Shown here piece after piece: positions 30,501 through 39,258 of a stretch of DNA of 64,000 bases; within the stretch, counting starts at the first letter, position 1, and each line of letters opens with the position of its first letter. The DNA comes from an uncultured virus (IMG/VR IMGVR_UViG_3300037541_000827) (taxonomy: Duplodnaviria > Heunggongvirae > Uroviricota > Caudoviricetes): the IMG/VR virus record IMGVR_UViG_3300037541_000827; one strand, 5' to 3'. Under the pieces are notes generated by a model. It saw only the letters and a program-made list of their open reading frames with translations, ran no database searches and was not told the DNA's origin. Made by a program: the position numbers and the translations under genes.

Positions 30501-31606
30501 CCGCTGCCCAGGGGCAGGCCCCGGGCCTCCACGTCCTGCTGGCTCTTGATGCCGGTGTCGCGGAAGAACTTGGCCGCATCCATGGGGGAGCCCGCCCCCT
30601 CGGCGATGTTCTGCAGGGCCCCGATCGCTCGGGCCTCGGTGGCGGTGGCGGCGTTCAGGAACCGCACGGTGACGGCCTCCGCCCCCAGGCGGTTGGCCAG
30701 GGCCAGCCGGTTATGCCCGTTCACCACATAGACCTTGCCGTCGCCTGGGTCCTTCCAGACAGCCATCACGCCGGAGAGGTTGGCGTCCCACTTGCGCACC
30801 CCCGACAGGCTGCCCACCTCACCGGTGGTGGCGGTGGCGTTGAGCTTGTACTGGAACCGGGAGGGATCGAAGCCGATCTCCCCTGGCTTCATCTCCCGGA
30901 CGGTCCCGGGCTCCGTGGAGCTGTTGGCCCCGGATGGGAGCTTGCCGGTGCGCAGGAACTCGGCGATCTCCGGCCGCTCGAGCAGCTTCTGCACCCGCTG
31001 GGTGGTGCGGTCCTTCTGCAGGGCCGCTGCGGCCGCCCCGCGGGAGGCCATCACCTGGCTGGCGGTGTTGCCGGCCGACTGGTTCCCGGCGGCCGCCAGC
31101 TGCTGGAGGCGCCGCAGGCGGCCCTTGCCGATCGCTGAACGGGGGGCGATCCGGCACTCCTTCTGCAGGGAGATGCAGGCGTTGCCGCAGCCGTAGCCGG
31201 TGGCGCATTTCCGCTTCTGGCCACTGCCGGCCCGGGTGCGGCGGAAGTCCATCCGGGAGCCGGGGGCCCTCAGCTGCAGGAACGAATCCGAGCGCAGCTC
31301 CCAGCCACGCTGGAGCACCCCCTCCCAAGCGGGGCGATAGCCGACGCCTTCGGCATCGACACGGAACCGGTAGACCAGGCCATCGGCGGCCATACGCCCG
31401 GCATGGGCAGCACCCTCCTGCCGCCAGTCGAGCACCAGGGCGCCGGGGAGCACCTCGGCCAGTAGCTGCTGCAGCACCGGGGAGACCCGATCGCCAGCGT
31501 CATGCCGCAGGGCCATGGGCCGCCGGGGCAGGGCCTGCCGGGCCGTCGAGACCAGCTGGGCCTCGATGGCCGAGAGGCGATCTAGCAGGGACTGGTGGCG
31601 ACTCAT
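27524..31606 (-). CDS. Large polyvalent head-accessory protein: three Cys4 modules, ParB/Srx-like domain and other cargo domains
   Basis: 1360 aa; FDPSRFQYK...VYVVNGHNRL...QNIAEG ParB-like domain (~30300-30910); modules at 31151, 29780, 28136. Confidence 0.8.
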   Translation of the reverse strand: MSRHQSLLDRLSAIEAQLVSTARQALPRRPMALRHDAGDRVSPVLQQLLAEVLPGALVLDWRQEGAAHAGRMAADGLVYRFRVDAEGVGYRPAWEGVLQRGWELRSDSFLQLRAPGSRMDFRRTRAGSGQKRKCATGYGCGNACISLQKECRIAPRSAIGKGRLRRLQQLAAAGNQSAGNTASQVMASRGAAAAALQKDRTTQRVQKLLERPEIAEFLRTGKLPSGANSSTEPGTVREMKPGEIGFDPSRFQYKLNATATTGEVGSLSGVRKWDANLSGVMAVWKDPGDGKVYVVNGHNRLALANRLGAEAVTVRFLNAATATEARAIGALQNIAEGAGSPMDAAKFFRDTGIKSQQDVEARGLPLGSGQAAKGLSLSKLPGDVFNAVVRGDLTVNRGAIIGGSGLDDTKQREVFKMIGSRKAITDQTLQELVEHAAASSQRTQTTMSLFGETEEAKDNLITRAKLSAALKAKISREKKLFTTVSKAKAATSLTEKGGNTINQEQSAKVAGEASEALGVFERLKSSSGPISSALNRAADRVEAGEAEATVRKELERDVFEAVQAELEAVGLRKRPRADSLQERIDALRKQCSTGYGCGSACISLRKECRTTPRSAIGKERMKRLLALAQGEIKPKGIGVPKAAEAATMAADLQGRRTGQAQELRFQRQAARRAKAAQEKQTNPYRPTPQLKEGVTLKPMSIAAGGDTNYDPAVEKRKAAGGLKYYRTQRGGATKQNYFFRDRQAAEHWYADHNAKSDADAEEGTNNRRGNEWQAEYKASYVGNRNLLRDTSDREVLETVESFAAAGTATRGGTATDVRIGGNKHSRPIREGTFANGNASEGSPQPVLTNPGRQDPGLAPKAKEQGLNAQDVTTSKQQAAFARQQQQAAQAAGDQSGAQAWRKEERAVERGRLATAISSNKQSQRSLFGVTEYDETMPLFKEQPASTPSTGGSLAVQSGGGAAARPTTTAPASKPGSVTEALRQTLGALKAADAKQMGMIAEQLFEAGWTIDRRTRYRGMSKDQARDKFKAEFAQKMQAQASSPEAAARSAAMRNRAGASGTVSGALKSALEDMKAQDKRLNDLQKQTIDLRIQAEEQFGGEGGEDPSLGGGRPRRRLGGSRRRDADILEARIDALKRKCTTGYGCGSACISLRKECRTSPSSAIGKERMKRLLALAAGGKVAQRGIAPVRAQEAAGLAAGIGQQRGAKAGQLRGARQQAAAKAAAAKPAEPGQEAVKLRSETKGRSANMALTPSYRRVALTKESIQGRLTRRSKRERELSSLTETQKVAAKKVSHRRQTFLTFVSGLAIKHGAKHKATQEEKDMAWKSAFLSRPIYSTRQKITPDFGAKTLEARGIRYNY
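28136..28216 (-). repeat. Cys4 module copy 3 of the 1360-aa protein
   Basis: RIDALKRKCTTGYGCGSACISLRKECR. Confidence 0.9.
29780..29860 (-). repeat. Cys4 module copy 2 of the 1360-aa protein
   Basis: RIDALRKQCSTGYGCGSACISLRKECR. Confidence 0.9.
31151..31216 (-). repeat. Cys4 module copy 1 of the 1360-aa protein
   Basis: KRKCATGYGCGNACISLQKECR. Confidence 0.9.
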
Positions 31607-32013
31607 CGATCAGGGATCTCCTTCCACGGCCGGGGCGGCGTCAAGCGACTGCGCAGGTGGTCCCTTGCGGCAGCACTCGCTGCTGCTGCAAAGCCGATCT
31701 GGGCCTTCACTTCTTTGGCTGGGATCACCCCGACGGCTTCGGCGGCAGCCTGCAGCCGCTCCGGGCCGATGGCCTCGATCTGCTGCTGCAACTGGAAGGC
31801 TGGCCCCAGCGCCACCTTCAGCTCCTCGATGGGCTTTGCGGCCGCTGCCAGCAGCCGTTCCTCCAGCCCTTCGATGGCCGTGTCGATCCGGTCATCTGCT
31901 CGATCGATTGCGGCATCGATCGCACCATCCAGTTGGGCGCGGACCTTGAGCGCCAGCTTCTGGGCGAGGCGATCCAGCAAGGGCTCCAGCAGGCCATCGA
32001 GCCAATTCATCAC
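31603..32013 (-). CDS. Hypothetical helical protein
   Basis: 136 aa, coupled to both neighbours. Confidence 0.6.
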   Translation of the reverse strand: MMNWLDGLLEPLLDRLAQKLALKVRAQLDGAIDAAIDRADDRIDTAIEGLEERLLAAAAKPIEELKVALGPAFQLQQQIEAIGPERLQAAAEAVGVIPAKEVKAQIGFAAAASAAARDHLRSRLTPPRPWKEIPDR

Positions 32014-32306
32014 GATCCCCCCATGCGGGTTTTCATGCGCTCAATCCGGGCCTGGAGATCGTCCGGGGTGGTGCTGTCCTCCCGTCCGCCGCCTCCCTGG
32101 CCCTTGGGCTTGTAGGTGACCACGCCGCCCCTGGTGATCTTGAAGGTGAAGCGCATCTGGTTTGATACGAACTCACCTTGGGGTTCACCGCCGGCATCGG
32201 AGATCGACACGATCCGCACCGGGCGGATCTGTTCACTCAGCAGCTCAGTGGCCAGCTGCACCATCTCGGTTCGTCGATCCACAGGGCCTGCAGCGTTCTG
32301 AGTCAA
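32010..32306 (-). CDS. Small protein resembling the N-terminal domain of the 1360-aa protein
   Basis: FTFKITRGGVVTYKP...REDS...LQARIERM. Confidence 0.6.
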   Translation of the reverse strand: MTQNAAGPVDRRTEMVQLATELLSEQIRPVRIVSISDAGGEPQGEFVSNQMRFTFKITRGGVVTYKPKGQGGGGREDSTTPDDLQARIERMKTRMGGS

Positions 32307-32335
32307 GAATAGGCAGGGTGATCCCCTGGCTAAGT

Positions 32336-32458
32336 TCAGGGGTGATCCTGTTTGCGCTCGGCCATGATCGCCAGGATGCTGTCGATTTTTGCTCCAGGCT
32401 CCGCCAGGCGCACATAAATGTCGCGGGGGCTTACGTCCTCAGGCGGCATGGCAGTCAT
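32336..32458 (-). CDS. Possible 40-aa ORF or gene remnant
   Basis: MTAMPPEDVSPRDIYVRLAEPGAKIDSILAIM...; CAGACT upstream. Confidence 0.3.
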   Translation of the reverse strand: MTAMPPEDVSPRDIYVRLAEPGAKIDSILAIMAERKQDHP

Positions 32459-32503
32459 TGGGGTTACCCCAGTCTGGCGAGGGTGGTGGGGTGGGTTGGT
32501 GGG

Positions 32504-33226
32504 TCATGATGTCGGGAACAGTGTGCTGGGGATTGTAATGGTCCGGGCGACGCCTTTCGTTATACGCAGGGAAGCAATGTAGGCGTTGATGTTTGCGTCT
32601 GGACTTGATCCCGCTTCAGCGGAGCCAATGCCCCACGCATAGCCGCCAATCCACGAATCAGTGCGAGTTGCAGTAGTATTAATTTGAGAAACGCTGCCGC
32701 CAATCGGGCCAACAAATGCTCTAAACTGATTACTGCTTCTTGTAACGGCTGCGTAATACCATGTGTTGATCGACATGCCACTAGGACTGGCAATAGGACC
32801 GCCGCTGTCGCTAATGATGTCAAAGCGCAAGTTTGTGCTTCCAACATACAGCTGGGATCCAGAGGTAGAGTTTGCAGGCCCGGTGCCAAAAATAAACTTT
32901 GCATTTGGATAGCCTTCTCCGGTTGGCATCGCCTTTAGCCTTAAAATTACTTCAAGACTGAAGTCACCAGTCCCCATGTCAAGACTGGTGCTTGCTGGTG
33001 TCCAGAGGCTGTTGCTGCTATTGCCAGGGAAGTCGATGCTAGCGCCGGTGCCAAATGGAGTGAACGTAGTTGTTGGCGCAACCGAAGTGCCGATACGGTT
33101 AATCGTTCTGTTGAAGGAGCTTTTATCAACAACCAATGAATCAGCCGCTGCTGGCTGCAACAGCATCACCACATTCGCCCAATAGGGGTCGCTTGTTGTC
33201 ACCCTCCGCCTAGGAACGATCAGCAT
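32504..33226 (-). CDS. LamG/concanavalin-A-like virion protein
   Basis: SDPYWANVVMLL, GTGDFSLE, WYYAAVTR, LRITKGVAR; lower GC. Confidence 0.8.
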   Translation of the reverse strand: MLIVPRRRVTTSDPYWANVVMLLQPAAADSLVVDKSSFNRTINRIGTSVAPTTTFTPFGTGASIDFPGNSSNSLWTPASTSLDMGTGDFSLEVILRLKAMPTGEGYPNAKFIFGTGPANSTSGSQLYVGSTNLRFDIISDSGGPIASPSGMSINTWYYAAVTRSSNQFRAFVGPIGGSVSQINTTATRTDSWIGGYAWGIGSAEAGSSPDANINAYIASLRITKGVARTITIPSTLFPTS

Positions 33227-33260
33227 CTTGTTGCCTCCGATGTAGGGGCCACGTCTCCAC

Positions 33261-33878
33261 TCACGACGAGAGCCCATCGACCCACCCGGCAGACAGGTCG
33301 AACGCATCGCCCGCTTGGATCTGGGCCCTCAGTTCAGCGGCGCGTTCCATGTTTTGGAAGCCCGCAGCCACCAGCGCCTGGTGACGACTCAGCAGCTCCT
33401 GCATGAAGGGCGTTGCGGTGCCCTCAGCGTCGCGCCGGATCGCCTCAGCCAGCAGCACGCCCAGCATGGGATCCTCGTTGCTCGGATACAAGCGGGCGTT
33501 TGCCTGGAGGCGGGCCGCTTCCACCTGGTTGAGCAACTCCTCCTCTGGCCGCTTCTTCACCTCCAGCGTCTCCTCCCAGGTGCCGGCCGGGCCGCCCACC
33601 TTGGGGTTGGCATACTCAGCAGGGCCCCAGCTCGCCACCTCGAAAAAGATCGCGGGGTCATACTCGCGGACCTTCGGCTCACCGCGCAGGTAGAACTTCA
33701 GCTCGGTGCCGTCGTAAGGCAGGCCGAACAGGTTGGGCCAGCGGGTGCCGCCGGGGTTGGTCGCAAGCTCGCCGCGAAGGGGCACGAACAGGTCCACGCT
33801 CTGCCCCTCCAGCGGGCCGGGGTCGGCGTAGTAGCGCACGCCGGTCTCGGCGTTGGTGGTGATGTTGGGGGTGGTCAT
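33261..33878 (-). CDS. Fibre-associated hypothetical protein
   Basis: MTTPNITTN... ~205 aa between the fibre and LamG genes. Confidence 0.6.
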   Translation of the reverse strand: MTTPNITTNAETGVRYYADPGPLEGQSVDLFVPLRGELATNPGGTRWPNLFGLPYDGTELKFYLRGEPKVREYDPAIFFEVASWGPAEYANPKVGGPAGTWEETLEVKKRPEEELLNQVEAARLQANARLYPSNEDPMLGVLLAEAIRRDAEGTATPFMQELLSRHQALVAAGFQNMERAAELRAQIQAGDAFDLSAGWVDGLSS

Positions 33879-33880
33879 GG

Positions 33881-35494
33881 TCAGGCAGCAGAGCGGGTGT
33901 ACTCGATGATGCACTTGATGCCAGATGCACCAGTGCCAAGGCCGATCAGATCGACCCCGAACCGGTCGCCAGCGGCCAGCGACAGGACGCCAGCCGTCCC
34001 GGATAGTGACCCGGTGGCGACTGAGGCTCCAGAGGCCAGCGTTGCATTGGCAGACAGAAGGGCCGTCTTTGTTCCTGCGGCAGTTCGCTTGTATGCGCTC
34101 AACGTCGTTGTGCTGCTGCCGGTGTTATCAATGTGCGTGATGAACGTGATCTTTGTAATCGTTACCGCAAACGACAGCGGCAGCGATTCGTCATAGTTTG
34201 TGCTCGCCGTTGCGGTCTCGCCACGGTTGGAGATGGTGAACACGATCCCATCGGCGATCGCGCCCAGCTCCGCGTAGGTGCTGCGGGCGTGCGCGTGATC
34301 AGCCCTGGCGGCATCGGTGCTGCTGCCAGCCGCTGCGGTGGCGGCCAGGGCTGCGGGGGCGCTGCTGCTGACTTGCGTTTTCGCGGCAATGTTGCCGACA
34401 ATCTTGTTAATCGCCTGGAGGATTGAATCCGTGGCGGCAACAGTTCCCGCCCCAGCAACAAAGCCCGTTAAGGCCGATCCAATCGCTCGGGATGCGGTAA
34501 AGAACAGATTGCCGCCAGACTCCGAAAGATCTCCGGTTCCCAGCGTGACGGCACCGGTTTGCCCGTTGATTGAGCTGACAGGCGCAATGCCGGTGGGGAG
34601 CTGAATCCAGTCCGCCAGAGATGCGCCGTTATTGGCAACAATCACCCACTCGGTCGCGGTATCAGCCCTGATGCACCAGTCGCCTCCCTGCCCTCTCAGG
34701 GCGAGCATGGCGGATTGGTTGGCCACCGAGCCCAGGTATTCGACCAGGGCAATGGCGGGGATTTGAGAGGTGGGCACCAGGCCGCCGATCAAATCGGCCT
34801 TTCCCGCCAGCCCGGAAGTGAGCGCTGCCGGCTGCACCGCCGTATCGGCCTTGCCCCCCTGCGCCGCCGTGGCGTAGGCGGTTGCATCCGTCGCTGCCGC
34901 CGTGCCGAGGATGGGCCGGCCGCTCAGGTCGCCATAGGCCCCAGATGCCGCCACTGCAGCCAGCTCCAGGCTGGCGCGGCCCGTGGCGGCCACCAACCCA
35001 CCAGCCCCGCCGTCCCACCGCAGCCGCTCGGCGTGGGCGGTGTCCCAGTTGGCCTGGCTGGTGTTGGAGGGCAGGCTGAATCCCGTGGGCAGGCCCAGGG
35101 TGAGGACGACGTTGCCGCCGGTGTAGTTGGTGCTGGAACTCCAGCCGCTGGGAGCCGACAACGACACCGACTGCACCGGTGCCGCTGCTGCTGCCTCTGC
35201 TGGGGTGGTGTAGATGGAGTGCGGGTCCGCCGCTGCGGCGTGGGCCGCCACTGCTGCCGCTGCCGTCCCGGTGGCCTCCGCGCCCACCTGGGCAGCCGTG
35301 GGCATGGCGTGGCGGTGGTCGCTGCGGCTGCCTGTCGAGGCAATGCCAGCGGCTGCAGTGCCCAGGGGCTGGGGGATGGCATCGCTCAGCGATGCGCCGC
35401 CATCGCCACCGACGCCATTCCCTCCCTCAGGCGGTGGGTTCACCGTGGCCTGGAGGGTGGTTTCGTCCAGTACAACAACTGCCGAAATATCCAC
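33881..35494 (-). CDS. Fibre-like virion protein
   Basis: 537 aa, Ala/Gly-rich; AAVAAHAAAADPH, VSSINGQTGAVTL, KADTAVQP fibre motifs. Confidence 0.75.
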   Translation of the reverse strand: MDISAVVVLDETTLQATVNPPPEGGNGVGGDGGASLSDAIPQPLGTAAAGIASTGSRSDHRHAMPTAAQVGAEATGTAAAAVAAHAAAADPHSIYTTPAEAAAAAPVQSVSLSAPSGWSSSTNYTGGNVVLTLGLPTGFSLPSNTSQANWDTAHAERLRWDGGAGGLVAATGRASLELAAVAASGAYGDLSGRPILGTAAATDATAYATAAQGGKADTAVQPAALTSGLAGKADLIGGLVPTSQIPAIALVEYLGSVANQSAMLALRGQGGDWCIRADTATEWVIVANNGASLADWIQLPTGIAPVSSINGQTGAVTLGTGDLSESGGNLFFTASRAIGSALTGFVAGAGTVAATDSILQAINKIVGNIAAKTQVSSSAPAALAATAAAGSSTDAARADHAHARSTYAELGAIADGIVFTISNRGETATASTNYDESLPLSFAVTITKITFITHIDNTGSSTTTLSAYKRTAAGTKTALLSANATLASGASVATGSLSGTAGVLSLAAGDRFGVDLIGLGTGASGIKCIIEYTRSAA

Positions 35495-35847
35495 TACGAC
35501 GCCCTCCCAAGCCTGGTGATCTCCTGTGTGCCAGCGAAAAGCGGGATGATCGTTCCGCTGGCTTGCGTGAGGAAGATCTCCCAGTAATAACTTCCTGCCG
35601 TCAGTGGCAGGATTTGCGGGAGAACTCGAAAGACGCCACCGGTTGCATCGGTGAGCTGAATCCCAGCGTCAACAACAAGATTTAACCTCTCCAGGTTTTC
35701 ACCGACTTGCCGGTAGACCATGCGCAGCTGCGCATTGGTCAAGTTCAGCGGGGTCCCGACCGGCTGCTCCAGCGTTACCGAATTGATCCCCTCCCACGTC
35801 GTGCCTTCATAGACGGCAGGGAGATCGAGGATTTGCGGCTGTGTCAT
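35494..35847 (-). CDS. Small Ig-like adaptor structural protein
   Basis: PLNLTNAQLRM...DATGGVF...AGSYYWEI. Confidence 0.6.
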   Translation of the reverse strand: MTQPQILDLPAVYEGTTWEGINSVTLEQPVGTPLNLTNAQLRMVYRQVGENLERLNLVVDAGIQLTDATGGVFRVLPQILPLTAGSYYWEIFLTQASGTIIPLFAGTQEITRLGRAS

Positions 35848-35884
35848 AGCTGGCGGGCAGCTGGCGTCAGGCTAGGCCTCGCGA

Positions 35885-36178
35885 TCAGCTGGCCTTGCCG
35901 GATTTTTTGGCGGGGGGCTTTGGTGTGAGTTCTTCAGCCAGCAGCGCTTCTCCACCACCGTCTGCTGGCTCGCTGCTGGCAACCTGGGCCAGATCATCAA
36001 ACTCAGTCAGCGCCTCTTCAAAGGCCTTCTCCGCCGCGGCCACGTGGTCAACGTCTTTTGGCAGCTCCATGAGCGTTTCGAGAACCGTGTTCATGGCCCA
36101 TGCCGCCTCGATCGGGCCGACCTGCTTCAGGAAGGCCAGGAAGTGCTGGGCGGCGTAGGCGCATTCGGTACGGTTCAT
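35885..36178 (-). CDS. Hypothetical protein
   Basis: 97-aa ORF with TACCAT -10 upstream. Confidence 0.55.
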   Translation of the reverse strand: MNRTECAYAAQHFLAFLKQVGPIEAAWAMNTVLETLMELPKDVDHVAAAEKAFEEALTEFDDLAQVASSEPADGGGEALLAEELTPKPPAKKSGKAS

Positions 36179-36561
36179 GGATGGCGACTCTGGATGGCTG
36201 GCGACTGTGGATCGCCCTCATGGTAAGCATGGCCCTGGTTGGCAATGCCAATGCAGGGCCTTGCCAACCAAGGCCATGCTCACGGGCGAAGCGGAGCGGC
36301 CATGGGTTGTGCAGGCCCGTAAAGCGCCGACCTGTCCCGCACGATCGAGAAAGCCACCAGCGCCGCGACCAGGGCCACACCAGATAGGCAGATGGCAATC
36401 AGGCCGGCATTGCAGCAAGGGGCAGGGGCTGATCGTTGGGGGCGGCGGGCCCGGAACTGGGGATGCAAAACCCGCGCAGGGGGCCGAGAGGCTGGCTTTG
36501 GCAGAACGGGGAGAAGAAGTGTGGGCATGCTGAGGTCGCTACGTTGTGAACACGTAACAAC

Positions 36562-36591
36562 AATACATCAGTTCGGCTGTAGGGGTATGAT
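36562..36591 (+). promoter_or_regulatory. LexA-box-like site and TATGAT -10 of the excisionase operon
   Basis: AATAC-ATCA-GTTCG (1 mismatch) followed by TATGAT at 36586-36591. Confidence 0.5.
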
Positions 36592-36624
36592 CCGATCATC
36601 CCCGGACTGAGCCGACCCGGATCA

Positions 36625-36927
36625 ATGACATCGTTTTCCCGCTTTGCGATCACAACCGCCCTGCTGACGCTCGGCGCCTGCCATGCGGCGCCGGCCCATG
36701 CCGGCGTGGGCACTGCGGCCTGGGCAACAGCAGGATCGATCTGCCGGGCCCTGGGCGCCGACCTGACCATCCGCGCCGCCGTGCGAGTGGGGCTTTCCGA
36801 CAATGCCTACCTCTGGTTTTCAGAGATGCGCGACCCGTCGTTTCAGCAGCTGATGGTGGCCGAAACCGTCAGGCAATGCCCTGAGCAGCTGATCCGCGCC
36901 GTCAATCAAGGCCGGACGCAGCTATGA
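36625..36927 (+). CDS. Small secreted/membrane protein
   Basis: Signal-peptide-like N-terminus ending APAHA; two further Cys. Confidence 0.6.
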   Translation: MTSFSRFAITTALLTLGACHAAPAHAGVGTAAWATAGSICRALGADLTIRAAVRVGLSDNAYLWFSEMRDPSFQQLMVAETVRQCPEQLIRAVNQGRTQL

Positions 36928-37085
36928 AAGCCCAAATTGACGTCGACGGCGTGTTGACGATCACGCCGGAAAACCAGACTGAGGCTTATGCCCTGCGTCG
37001 CTGGAGTGAAGAGGGCGACGCAGGGGGTGTCCTGCATGCCGACTACAACGCATCCTTACCGCCTCGCGCAAAGGAGCACCAGTGA
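36924..37085 (+). CDS. Small hypothetical protein
   Basis: MKAQIDVDGVLTITPENQTEAYALRRW...; 53 aa, coupled on both sides. Confidence 0.5.
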   Translation: MKAQIDVDGVLTITPENQTEAYALRRWSEEGDAGGVLHADYNASLPPRAKEHQ

Positions 37086-37312
37086 TGGCCGCCCGCGTGC
37101 TGCTGACGGTCACGGAAGCCGCTGAGGTGCTGGGGGTTTCCGATCGCCATATCAAAAGGCTCATTCACGAAGCCGATGCCAACCGCAAGTCCCGCTGGCG
37201 CTGGGGCCGGGAGCTGATCGACCTGGCGCCGGTGGGCAGCAGCAGGCGCTGCGTGCGGGTGAATGTTGCGGCGGTGGCGCCGGGGGCGGGGCAGCCCTCA
37301 GCCTCCCCCTAA
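37082..37312 (+). CDS. Excisionase-like HTH protein
   Basis: LLTVTEAAEVLGVSDRHIKRLI; convergent with the integrase. Confidence 0.75.
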   Translation: MMAARVLLTVTEAAEVLGVSDRHIKRLIHEADANRKSRWRWGRELIDLAPVGSSRRCVRVNVAAVAPGAGQPSASP

Positions 37313-38302
37313 CGCCCTCTCCGCCGCCTCTGCCACCTGATGCGGCTGAATGTGAGCGCGGTAGGTCCGGGAGTGCTGGCCTGGGGTGTGACCCATCAGG
37401 CGAGCAGCGGTGTAGATGTCAAGCCTGCTGCCGCCCTCTCGCCATAGTCTCCCGCCGTAGGCGTGGCGCAGGGAGTAAGGCCGCCACGGCAGCCCCTGCC
37501 GCCGAAGCTCCTTGTGCAACCACTTGCTGACCGCATCCGGCCGATCGGCGCTTCCCTCTAGGCGCAATCGCAACCGCCGATCCCGCAACCCGAACCGCTC
37601 TACCCACTCACGGGGCAGCGGCACAACCGTTCTGAAACCCGTCTTTGTGCCATCCGCCACCTGGCACAGATCCCGACTGATCAGCTCCGCCCCCTCGATC
37701 TCATGGGGCCGGAGCCCGTAGCAAGCCATCATCCCCCAATACCAGCGCACCGGATCGGGCGCCCCCTCCACCCAGGCGATGATCTCGGGGTCAGTGGGCA
37801 CCGCCACCAACTCCGCCTGGCTGTAGGTGGGCAGTGGCACCTCCGGGAACGGCACCCCCACCAACCTGGCCAGATGCCGCAGCAGGTAGAACAGCTCTTT
37901 GTAGCTGCACGTGCTGCGGTCGTAGCGCTCTAGCGCCTTGGCCATGCTGGCGGTGGTGCAGGCGCTGGCCGGCGGGATCTGCCGCAGCCGGCCCAGATAG
38001 TTCACATCCCACGTGGTCTGCCCCGTGCGGCCGAGCACCACCCGAGCCCGGTAGAGCCTGGCGATGGCCTCGCGCCACGTGATCGTCCCTGATGCCTTGT
38101 CCAGCCAGTAGGCCCATTCAAAGGTGCCGCTCTCCAACTGCTGCTCCAGGGTCTTGAGCTGCTTTTCTGCGACCCGGCGGTTGATCGGGGTGTCGTCCAA
38201 CCGAAGGGCGATCCTGGCCTGCCGCAGCCCTGGAGCCCCGTCGCGCCGCGGCAGGTTGGCCAGCAGGTAGAGCCGGCCCCTTTGGCAGTTGATCGAGGCC
38301 AT
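37298..38302 (-). CDS. int: Tyrosine recombinase/integrase (cyanobacterial XisA-like)
   Basis: YGLRPHE, TKTG, YSLRHAY, LMGH...Y catalytic residues; N-terminal arm-binding region ending GTFEW. Confidence 0.9.
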   Translation of the reverse strand: MASINCQRGRLYLLANLPRRDGAPGLRQARIALRLDDTPINRRVAEKQLKTLEQQLESGTFEWAYWLDKASGTITWREAIARLYRARVVLGRTGQTTWDVNYLGRLRQIPPASACTTASMAKALERYDRSTCSYKELFYLLRHLARLVGVPFPEVPLPTYSQAELVAVPTDPEIIAWVEGAPDPVRWYWGMMACYGLRPHEIEGAELISRDLCQVADGTKTGFRTVVPLPREWVERFGLRDRRLRLRLEGSADRPDAVSKWLHKELRRQGLPWRPYSLRHAYGGRLWREGGSRLDIYTAARLMGHTPGQHSRTYRAHIQPHQVAEAAERALGGG

Positions 38303-38344
38303 GGGCGGCGAATACGAAACGTCCGGGGAGCAGACCTGGCAGCG

Positions 38345-38557
38345 ATGCACCGGCCGTGCATAACGTACGCCGTTCTAGTCCCTTGCTGTCCCTTCCTGTC
38401 CCTTAATGCCGTGCCGCCGTGCCGCTCAGATCGCTGTCAGGGCTTGCCATTTGCCCGCGACGACAGGCCAGAACTGCAAGATACAAATCCTCGTCAATCT
38501 CGCGGATGTCGTAGTGCCAAGCCAGTGATAGCAAGGGGTCTTGGGGCTGGTGCATAA
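38345..38557. other. Putative attP
   Basis: Next to int 5' end: GTGCATAA direct repeats (38356, 38550), three 10-bp-phased GTCCCTT (38378-38404), CCCTTGCT/AGCAAGGG inverted pair. Confidence 0.6.
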
Positions 38558-38710
38558 TCCGCGCCTGTCCTGGGCCGTGCCCATGGCACTGCAAAACGTG
38601 GTACGGTTCACGGGTCAGCAGAAGAGCCCTGAGTGGCCCTGCTGGCACCGCCTTACAACCCACCCCGCGCAGGCTCTGAGCAGCCGCCGGGATCCTCATA
38701 GGACCGAACC

Positions 38711-39199
38711 ATGACCACGATCAGCATCACCGTTCCCGCTCTGAAGACCATCACCCGTGGCCTTTCCTCCGACTGGGGCCCGACGCTCCATGCCGCTGCC
38801 CGCCGCCTGGGGGCGGTGGTGGCCCTGATCTACACGCTGGGTTTTATGGCCGGCGAGCGCTGGCATCAGCTGGTGGCCTGGGCCCAGAAGCACCAGCTCC
38901 ACGGCCTGGCCACGCTGGGGTTGTCCGGGGGCAACTTGAAAGCCAGGCTTACAGGTTCAGCTCCAGACCAATTTCCTGGCGCCACGGAAATGGTCACCAC
39001 CTCCGTGGGGCCGAAAACCGTTGCTACCACTAACGGCGCCGAACTTATGCCGGCCCCAGATGCCGCTCCGGTCACCACCCCCGCCAACGTCGCCCCGCCC
39101 TCGATCCGGCACCTCGCCGCTCAGGGCTGCAGCCAGCGGGAGATCGCCGGCACACTGGGGCTCACCCGCTACCAGGTCCGCAAGGCCCTTGTTGCCTGA
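38711..39199 (+). CDS. Membrane-anchored protein with C-terminal HTH
   Basis: Hydrophobic segment; GCSQREIAGTLGLTRYQVRKAL. Confidence 0.7.
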   Translation: MTTISITVPALKTITRGLSSDWGPTLHAAARRLGAVVALIYTLGFMAGERWHQLVAWAQKHQLHGLATLGLSGGNLKARLTGSAPDQFPGATEMVTTSVGPKTVATTNGAELMPAPDAAPVTTPANVAPPSIRHLAAQGCSQREIAGTLGLTRYQVRKALVA

Positions 39200-39258
39200 G
39201 CACCACCACGGCCCGCCGGAGCCCATCCGGCACCCCTTCCCATCGCACGCTCCCCATG
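39197..39258 (+). repeat. Intergenic cassette repeat copy c
   Basis: TGAGCACCACCACGGCCCG-hairpin-CACCCCTTCCCATCGCACGCTCCCCATG. Confidence 0.65.

Noticed and set aside
38345..38700. tRNA or tmRNA fragment at the att site
   Set aside because: No T-arm/CCA-type sequence recognisable
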